20,000 nucleotides of DNA from Catajapyx aquilonaris. Lineage: Eukaryota. This document shows positions 11,832 to 20,000 of the stretch, in pieces. The stretch covers positions 118,099 through 138,098 of the forward strand of contig KZ538060.1 of the NCBI GenBank assembly GCA_000934665.2, written 5' to 3'. The position numbers were made by a program, and so were the translations under genes. Under the pieces are notes generated by a model that worked only from the letters and a program-made list of their open reading frames with translations, was not told the origin of the DNA and did not search any database. Positions within the stretch are counted from its first letter, which is position 1; the number at the start of each line of letters is the position of its first letter.

Positions 11832-13393
11832 TATGTTATCCCTCCTGCTAAATAAGTCCCCTCCGCGCGAGCCTCCGCGTCCTTCTTCCAACTTGACCCC
11901 TGGAGCGAGGGACACCGTAAATATAACGTGGACTTGGGGACTCACTCTTTTCCTACAAGCAAACCCGTACTAAAGAAAAAGGCAGGAGTAATAATTATTT
12001 GAAAGTGAATTGGCTGCAGCTTGATCACAAGGAATCAGATAAGAAAAGGAGTCTTTTGTGTTCACCAGTCCATTCTCAGTCGATTTGGGGGAGACTGAGA
12101 AATGAGGCCTATTTTTGGCCCAAGTACCACCTTTCAGGGAACCGAATCGTTGCAGGCTGCTGAAGGTCCCGCCAGTAAATGACGTACCGTCTAAGATAAG
12201 TGGGTGCCCACATAATAAGAAAAGAGCACAGATCGATAGTGCTTTTAGAGTTACCTGAAGGACAATACGTCAAAGAACGTGAGGGACATCCGGTTCACCT
12301 GTGCTGTGCTGCAGGATTGCCAACAGTAAATTCAAGAATAGCAAAATGTGCACTAATGGCACAATCATAAACGGACATAATACACGCCAGGCATGACTTT
12401 GGCTGACCTCTGTCTATTTTTAGCTTCTAAAGATGATCCTAACTCCTAATTGCGCCAATCTACTTATTGCTATATGTTCTTATTGCAATACACCCTTGGC
12501 ATGTACTGTCTTTATTTTCTGGAGATAAGGTTCCCCGGGGTCACATCCAGGCAAAGAGATAAGCCCCGTTTTTAAAAAGTGGCCGGTCCTTTTACGATTT
12601 CGAACAAGGTCCTAACGACACCATATTTTCTCAAGGAGTTGAAAGAAGGGTCTGGATTTTATATACAAAAAATTGATGAGGTCACCCGATAGTCATCTTG
12701 GTCTCATTATGCTGGTTCATCACGCGAGATGTTGGGGTCTCACATTTCTTTGCCCTTTGATGAAGTTGCTGTAAGCCAGATTGTGTTAGACAATATATAT
12801 TCCCTTTGGGCCATCTTGATAATTTTGGTGTTGGCACGTAGGTTGCCTGTTGACTGCACCTGTTGGTACCTCGATAACCTCAGTCTCAGATTATTATACT
12901 TCTATGAAATTGCTCTTATAAAATTCCACTCCGCAGATTTCACCATTAATTTGCAAATTACAAAGAGCCTTTTCTTGTTTACCATTAAGGGGACTTCCTG
13001 TTTTTGACCCAAAAAAATAATATTCGTTTAACCTTTCCCCATTTTTTAAAACTAGTTAACCTCTGGCATTTCTTCTCGGCGGAACTAAGGGCAAAGTCCT
13101 TATTTCAAAATGAGACGAATGGTAATTTGAATTGTAAGCTTGTTTTAGCTCGCTTCAGGGTGAATGTGTCTCTGCAAAGGAAATAACCAGAAGAAAAGAA
13201 GCATTTAGGTCTCCGGTTTCTTTGGCCTGTTCCATGCCCTTTTTTCCTGGAAATATCTAGCAACTTACTCCGGCTAGATCGAGATAGATGCGGGGCTCTT
13301 ATTACCGAAACTTATTATATGATATACTTTTTTTGGAATAGCCTATTGAGGCGATTGCGTGTCACAATTTAATCAATGTAAGCTATAAGAGTT

Positions 13394-13560
13394 GAGGCAT
13401 TATCGCACAGGTCACAGGTCACAATATTGAAATAATAATTGTTTAAATATGTTTTGCTATTGTTGATAGAAGCATCATGTGTGCTTCTGTAAACAATAGC
13501 AAAACATATTTAAACATAATTATTATTTCAATATTACTGTGACCTGTGCGATAATACCCC
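13394..13560. mobile_element. ~167-bp foldback/MITE-like palindrome
   Basis: Arms of about 80 bp (ATTATCGCACAGGTCACAG...AATATTGAAATAATAATT...GTTTAAATATGTTTTGCTATTGTT...AGAAGCA) mirrored with a few substitutions and small indels around a ~7-nt loop. No clear target-site duplication. Confidence 0.8.
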
Positions 13561-14459
13561 AATGAGTTTATCCTGTGAGTTACGCCAACCCCTAAACTCA
13601 CTTGCGGCTTGGGCTGCCTAATACACAGGATAACCCACTTCCATCACACCAATTAGTATCTTTACTCCCAAATCTCAAATCATATTGTAACTTAAATTTA
13701 AAAAAAAAGTGCTACTCCGCAGTATCCTAACCACAATGTATCCTGTGCTAAAAGATACCTTTCATCCAGAGTAATTCTGGATCGAAGTATATGATTCCCA
13801 GGGTGACACCCGCGCCTGATGGCCCATTACAGTCTTCCCTGGGGCTGTTGACATAACATTTTCTGCCAGATAAATTAAAAGATTCCTCTCGCCTTTTCAT
13901 GACTCTCCGAAGCCAAAAGGTATAGGCGAACGACCCTCACCAAAAAAAAAAGCGCCAATTATTCCCCAAAGCCATTTTTGGATGGGGTTGGAAGAAGCAG
14001 CCCATGGCCTGGAGGCTTCTCTCGTTCAGTGCCGCAGTGTCCCAGAAAATTAATGCGTGACTTTTCTGCACTAATTGCCCATGAAATAGTTTCCTATTTT
14101 TAGCCCGGGTTTCATGCATTAAGTTGTACAGTTTCCACCATAACACTTCAACTGAGTTATGCGTCGGCAGATTTTACCGCCTACGTAGTTTTTTCGGGGG
14201 TAATGAAATTGGACCCTGCAACGCATAGGGTCATTGGGTTTGTTTCCATAATGTGACATTTATGGTGCCGGTGACTTCCAATTGGATCAACGCAGTTAAA
14301 CCAATTTCTGATCATGTGCACTACGCTAATCTGGTGTGTACATGTTGTAGTCACATTAGATCGCTAAATAAACCAAGTAATTAACAGGTGTTGCTCGGAA
14401 TAGTGAGACCATCACAAGTGCAGGGTATGCCCATAAGCATTGTAGTAAGATAGTATATT

Positions 14460-14485
14460 CATAATGTTACCGCATAATGTTACCG
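14460..14485 (+). repeat. Tandem 13-bp duplication (CATAATGTTACCG)x2
   Basis: Exact adjacent repeat at 14460-14472 and 14473-14485. Confidence 0.85.
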
Positions 14486-14493
14486 CGACGCTT

Positions 14494-14567
14494 CCGATTG
14501 GCCCCCGTTCTGCGCAGGCGCAAAGGGGGTGGAGGCAGCGCCTCTGGTGGGTGAGAAGAGGAACCAT
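14494..14567 (+). repeat. Dispersed ~60-70 bp repeat, copy 1 (probable DNA-transposon subterminal module)
   Basis: GTTCTGCGCAGGCGCAA...CAGCGCCTCTGGTGG...GAGGAACCAT, shared with 16853-16911 and (inverted) 18197-18252. Confidence 0.8.
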
Positions 14568-16852
14568 CCAGTGAGCAAAGCCAGGGTCTTTCTAATAAAT
14601 TAATTAAAATACATTATTTTACCCCAATGGTCAAGATGATATATTGTAACCATCCATTTTCTATTACATTTGAGCTACTTCTCCCTGCAAGTGCAAAAAA
14701 AAAAAGTATTGTAGACTTGTGGAGAGAGTCCTAAGTGGAAAATCTCAAGTTCTGGAACCCGAACCCAGCTAAGTTGAAAGGCCATCCCCCGCTTCGGTCC
14801 AATCAACTTTCCATCCCCCCTTTTCGAAAGGGCGTCCAACCTAAGTGTGGCAGATCCCTTCAATTTCCTCCTCTACGGAACTAGCTCTACACAACGGCCC
14901 CTCCCTCCCAAAGAAAAAGGAAGGCGGGGATGGGGGGGGGGAGGAAAAAAAACACTGACCAACTTTGCTCTGAAAAGCCAATAACCTTCTCTCTACCTAG
15001 GTCCAACTTTGTTGTGACAAGACCGGGCCATAAACAAGGCCCGAAAGTTAGTCTGAGGTTGGAGCTAGGATCACCTAATATCCTCTTCTCCTAAGGTAGA
15101 NCCCCCCCCCCCCCCAGCCCCAGGCCATGGTGTCTCCAGGATTTGAAGTCGAGCGAATCAGTAAACGGATAAACTGGATAATCAATCACTGTCTCGTAAT
15201 TGTTCGATTTAATCAGGACGCCTAAAGTGGAGAGGGCAAATGGAATCACGTTATTGATCCCAACCATTTAAAATGATGTAAAGCTCACAACACTTAGTGT
15301 TAGCAACATGCTTGATTTCTGCATTGATTATTATTATTGTGAACATATCAGTTTGATCAATTGAAACATATACATTAAAATTAATAGCTATTTTTATTTA
15401 CTGCTATGAGAGGCACGTGCCCAACAAAATTCTGTGGTGAATGACACTGTAACTTTGTTTCTCTTTTTCAACCCTCGAGTGTATTTTCCGCAGTTAGATG
15501 CATATCACCTCAGGCTGAGTCCGTCACATTGCCTTTTTTTCTCTCCAACAAAGTCTCGAATCAGATAAGGCTACTACTGTAGAACCTGCTTACGTCCTTA
15601 ACGCCCTATTTATATCCTCTTTCCTCGTTCGCTCTCATGCAAACCACTTTACAACACTTGAAAGGAACTCTGATTGATCAGCTCCTGCCAACAGCGCAAA
15701 ATCTCTTCACAAATATTTTTAAAAAATTAAATATTTGACACTACAACGAGTAATGCAATAAACCATTTTTTGCCAACAACCTGCTTTATTGGTCCCGAGA
15801 ATAACGTCTGTTTTTTGTCTCTTACGTAGCTCTGTAATTACAGGGTCATAAATATGGTAATAATGGAGCTATCCAGGTGCAGATAATAATCACTCTGAAA
15901 CACATGCTAATTGGAGGCCATCATGTGAGGCGGATCTGCGAAGTACTGCAATGCCATTTCGCAAAACGTCCTGTCGCAGTAGGGCCGCTTACACACGCAG
16001 ATACCAATCGGACCACATTTGCTACAATAGCTCATAATGAAGAACGACAAATCTTAATGAACATTTTTTGTAAATCTTCCGGAGCTAATCACAAGGCGTC
16101 ACCCATGAATATCGATACTATCAAGACGGAATTGTTGAAAAATATTTGGCTGTTTGACTAACCAATCAGTAATCAAACATGACTTTTATAATAGGTCCAC
16201 TAGACTCGTGACATCCACACCCGAAACCCTATTGTTTTTCTGGAACTGCAGGACGTCTCTGACGTCATTTTGCGCCCTTGGCGTGAGTCCCGGATTTATA
16301 GCACCAGCCTTTCCCCTCAATAGTAGTCTTAATTACAGCCTAATTATACCGTGATTAATGCTCCCCACACAAGCCGCCCTTCCCATTGCTTTTCATCCCC
16401 TTGTAGAATCCCCAAAACTCTGATAACTCATGGTGCCCAAATATAGTTCCAGCGGACCACTTAAGGGCAATTCAACGCCCCCTCTTTTGGCGGAACTGGC
16501 CCCTAATTCGTCTTCTTTCTGAAGCCTTCACGCTCTCCGGACGACCATTGTTCCGGAGTACAATTACAGCGCTTCTCATATTCAGTTCCACCTCATTGTT
16601 CCGGGATGGTCAAAGACACCGGGAACACCTAATCGACCCTGCTGTTGCTCAAACCATGCAAACAAACAAGCGCTATCATTGGAAGAATTTACTTACATTT
16701 ATTTTTTTAACGAAAATTAATCATTTTTTTCAATAAAAATTTGTTGAAGAAAAATTATTATGCACGACTTCCATCACAAGAGTGAAAGGCTGTTAACAAT
16801 ATGAAACGAGATTTGGACGCACTTTTTAGTTCCCTGTATTTGTAACTGGCAT

Positions 16853-16911
16853 GTTCTGCGCAGGCGCAATGGGAGGAATCAGCGCTTCTGGTGGATGGCA
16901 GGAGGAACTAT
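16853..16911 (+). repeat. Dispersed ~60-70 bp repeat, copy 2
   Basis: GTTCTGCGCAGGCGCAATGGGAGGAATCAGCGCTTCTGGTGG...GAGGAACTAT. The terminal GGAACTAT is the reverse complement of ATAGTTCC at 16443-16450. Confidence 0.8.
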
Positions 16912-17197
16912 CACTCTTAACCATTTACCTTCTCTAGAGAGGGTAAGAAAGTGGCCATTTTTTACCTTACATTGTAGGGTAAATATTCTTGGGTAAATTG
17001 ATTCTAAGGTAAATTTTGCATGTATTACCTTAGAAAATAGAGGGTAAAAAGAGGCCCCTTTTTACCCTCTATTTTCTAAGGTAATACATGCAAAATTTAC
17101 CTTAGAATCAATTTACCCAAGAATATTTACCCTACAATGTAAGGTAAAAAATGGCCACTTTCTTACCCTCTGTAGAGAAGGTAAATGGTTAAGAGTG
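16912..17197. mobile_element. 286-bp near-perfect palindromic MITE with CACTC termini (animal CACTA/EnSpm-like, tentative)
   Basis: Two 143-bp arms with no spacer (centre 17054/17055) and only 2 mismatched pairs (16937/17172, 17052/17057). GGTAA/TTACC motifs are reiterated about 8 times per arm. TA is present on the right flank only. Confidence 0.9.
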
Positions 17198-17370
17198 TAC
17201 TGTATAGTAGGCATATAAAAATATAAAATTTAAATCCTGTACAATGACAAAATGCTCAGAACTTTTCAGCGGGTCAACTCACCCCTGAACTGTACAGTGA
17301 CGGAACTAGAAGCATGTATCTGAAAATGGGGATATTTTCAACCCATAAAGAAACACAGTGCAGACCCTTT

Positions 17371-17735
17371 CGCAATAAAAATGTCTCCCAGTGATCCGAT
17401 TTCAAGAAATATGTGCGGTGCCATGCATATAATTCGAGTGGGCCGTTCATGATATTCCCTCATGGAAAATATATTAAACCCACGTTCTAGACAAACACTC
17501 GACTCTACTTCTTCTTCTCCATTTTTTTCTTCTTCTTTACCAATCTTTCCGTCTGATGGCCTTCGATTTCCTCTCATCCATGTTGTTTCAGGTTTTCGTC
17601 ACAGCACAAAAATTTTTAGCGTCCAGCAAACTTTGGCTAAATGTTTCCAAGAGAAATGATGCGGATGACCACTTGCTGAGGAGGAATCTGTAGTGCAAAC
17701 AATCCATCAAGACGCTGAGGATTGGCAGTGGAGTA
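17371..17735 (-). pseudogene. Decayed non-LTR retrotransposon (CR1/L2/Rex1-like) ORF2 AP-endonuclease N-terminal fragment
   Basis: Minus-strand frames give, in order, TPLPILSVL..YRFLLSK..LLDAKNFCAVTKT* / EIEGHQTERL / GEEEV / IICMAPHIFLE..DIFIA. These are collinear with the remembered APE motifs PLPSILL-NVRSL..K / C.TETW / I.GY...R.DR / GGGV / I.CRP.YLPRE. Stops and frameshifts are present. Confidence 0.45.
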
Positions 17736-18196
17736 GTGGTGCTGGGGGGGTGAACATTATCATGAATATCCAATTCGGTTCCTGCAGCTCTTGAATGCGG
17801 AATGGATGAAGCCTCTGCTGACTCAGGGGGCCGTGATAAAAGAGAACTGCCTCTGCTTTCCGCTCTGGAATTCAATATCGGACTGCTGCCTTTTTTTCTT
17901 TTTTTCAAAAAAAAAAAATCTGCCCTACTCTCCCATTAAATTTTTCTCCACACCCTGCTCCTTACTTTTTTTAAGCAATTCGACAAATGGGTTTCAAATT
18001 TTGCCAAGTAGACTTGGGTGACGACATTGCTGTCGGGTGAGTTTGGGCTCAAACAAATCTTGAGGCTTGTGCGTCATGGAAGTGTGTTTAACCCAATGGT
18101 TACATCACATCCGACTAACTTGGAAAGCAATATGCAATAATTCCTGCCAACTGCTTCAGAAGTGTTAAGAAAAATCTTGTAGGCAAAATATCCAAA

Positions 18197-18252
18197 CCAC
18201 CAGAGGCGCTGCCTCCTTCCCATTGCGCAGGCGCAGAACGAGGTCCAATCAG
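18197..18252 (-). repeat. Dispersed ~60-70 bp repeat, copy 3 (inverted)
   Basis: CCACCAGAGGCGCTGCCTCC..TTGCGCAGGCGCAGAACGAGGTCCAATC is the approximate reverse complement of copy 1. Confidence 0.8.
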
Positions 18253-19007
18253 AATGTCGAAAATATGCATTACCTTTCGACCATATGTTGCCAAATGTTA
18301 CCCCAACTTTCTTCACGAGATATGATAGCGGTTTCTGGAATTTTCTAATCGAAATATCGTTAATGAGCTTTTGGAAGATCAAGATTCCGCCTGGTAATAT
18401 ACTCGCTAAAAAGTTGGAAGGTGCCCTTTCCCACAACTTTGGAAATGCCACACATTACGTAATGTCCATTTGCATCAGTTTTGAAATGATATCGAAGTTT
18501 CTCAATCCACTCAGACACTTTTTTATCTACCTTGCTTCAAAGTGCCAAGTCATATTTTTCTGAAACGAACCGATTCTCTACAGTATAACCCACATCCGTC
18601 CCCCCCCCCCCCCCATCTCTATACGAATGTTGACCAAACTTCTTTTTATAAATCCAAGCAATCTTCTCAATAACAAACCGGGTGGAAGTGACACCTATCA
18701 GAATTATGTGGACAAATTCAGGCTACGATTAATTCGACAGGTAAGGTCCATCGATTGGTTGAATTTTATCCAGGAGCCTGGGCCACACGAAAAACGTCTG
18801 GAGAAATCAAATTTTCTTCAATGTCAAGAAGGCTCGACGTCACGATAACGTCATCTGAACGTAAGAGCCTTAATTATCATTCCAGATGAGAATCTGCCCC
18901 ATTCAGCCACAAAATGTCACATCAATTTTTTAAAAATTAAATTACCGTGCATTTTAATACAAAAATGATGGTCAGTTGCCCCCCACTTCACTAACAGTAT
19001 GTACCGG

Positions 19008-19286
19008 GCAACCGAAGCAGTGGTAGCGGAGGGGATATGGTATCCGACTGCTAATCGGGAGGTCCTGGGTTCGAATCCCGGGGGCCGCCGACCCTGACCG
19101 TGGTTTTCTGTGGTTTCCCATGGTCTCACCAGGAATATTCCGGGGTCGTGTCCGTAATTGTAGGCCACAGCCGCTTCCTTCCGTCCCTATCCCATCCCCA
19201 TATACGAGAAGTAAAAACGAAAGTTCCAGATAAAAAAATATGGTGGTATCCCACCCCCCTAAGAGGGCACATGGCTCTAGCACGGT
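19008..19286 (+). mobile_element. Full-length tRNA-derived SINE with 12-bp target-site duplication
   Basis: Pol III A box TAGCGGAGGGG at 19024-19034 and B box GGTTCGAATCC at 19068-19078, with intact anticodon-like and T arms. The body GGTTTTCTGTGGTTTCCC...CCAGG...GGCCACAGCCGCTTCCTTCC resembles arthropod SINEs of the Lm1/Talua type as I recall them. Flanked by exact AGTATGTACCGG at 18996-19007 and 19287-19298. Confidence 0.9.
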
Positions 19287-19921
19287 AGTATGTACCGGTC
19301 ACAAGTTTGTCCTCAGCAATCCTAGAACCCTGCCCTAGTTTGTATACGGATTTCATTGGCTTAACCCGCATTAAAGTCCTTTCCGATTAATCCCTGTTAG
19401 CTTTTAGCCTAAAAGGAAGTGGTTCCTGTTTGAACTCCTTCATCATATTGCCTAATCCCTTTACTTACTCACTTCCAAAGTCCTCTCTGAGACAATAATG
19501 TGACCTGGTCCCACCCACCTAAAAATTGTCCAAAAAATTTGTATGACGTAAGTGGCGAGTTAGGTCACCTGTTTGAGATTCAGGTGAGAACATTGGACCC
19601 AAGAAACTGGGGTGAATGAAGGCATGGAGTCGATTGGGCTACGAGCAAGGCTTGCCAGGACCTAAAAATAACCCTTTCCTTGTGGCTCCCTAAGGATCTG
19701 ACGGGACGCCTTCAAACTGAAAAAGAAGGGACTATTTTCTGGGAGATAGAGGAGGAGAAGAAGGGGGGGGAAAACCGTAGTTTGGGAACGTCTAATCCCA
19801 TTGGGGATTAAAGGAAAAAATCTACATGCAGACTGCTTGTTACCACTGAAAAAAATTGCGATGGTGGATGGAATCGCAAAATAACACGTAAAATTGCGTC
19901 ACAAAGAAAGGGGGGGTCGGT

Positions 19922-20000
19922 CAGTGGCGTAGGCAGGGGGGGGCCCGGGGGGGCCGGGCCCCCCCCGAAATGTTGAGAAAAATCAAGGGGCCCCCGAATT
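19922..20000 (+). mobile_element. Left end of a probable hAT-type non-autonomous element, truncated by the window edge
   Basis: CAGTGGCGTAGGCAGGGGGGG followed by a GC-rich GGGGCC/GGCCCC hairpin, the typical start of hAT-superfamily MITEs. The right end and an 8-bp duplication cannot be checked here. Confidence 0.55.

Noticed and set aside
12921..12971. BED zinc-finger-like peptide KALCNLQINGEICGVEF on the minus strand
   Set aside because: No downstream His pair, stops follow soon after, and the segment is too short to support a call without a search.
15576..15614. Minus-strand TATAAATA plus CAGT core promoter
   Set aside because: Spacing of about 36 nt is longer than canonical, and no downstream gene is evident.
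19017..19089. Functional tRNA-Ser(GCT) gene
   Set aside because: The acceptor stem does not pair, there is no long variable arm, and it is embedded in a SINE bounded by a target-site duplication.
1..20000. CRISPR array or prokaryotic defence system
   Set aside because: No regularly spaced repeat-spacer array and no operon-like coding density; the sequence is eukaryotic.

Overview
Eukaryotic, almost certainly arthropod, genomic DNA (TTAGG repeats, GT-AG introns, an arthropod-type SINE). The only host gene I can support is the 3' end of a jelly belly (jeb, ALK ligand) orthologue on the + strand. It consists of an LDL-receptor class A exon (740-900), a 2006-bp intron, a final coding exon ending ...LLRWARGR* (2907-2966) and a probably long 3' UTR. 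The rest is non-coding and rich in small mobile elements: a 286-bp spacer-less palindrome with a 48-bp collapsed relative, a ~167-bp foldback element, a TTAGG-carrying inverted-repeat element in the jeb intron, a full-length tRNA-derived SINE with a 12-bp target-site duplication, a decayed LINE endonuclease fragment and a hAT-like end at the window edge. Most ORFs in the supplied track look spurious. I see no clear new protein-coding system; the most unusual signals are structural or regulatory. Family assignments come from remembered sequence patterns, not from a database search.
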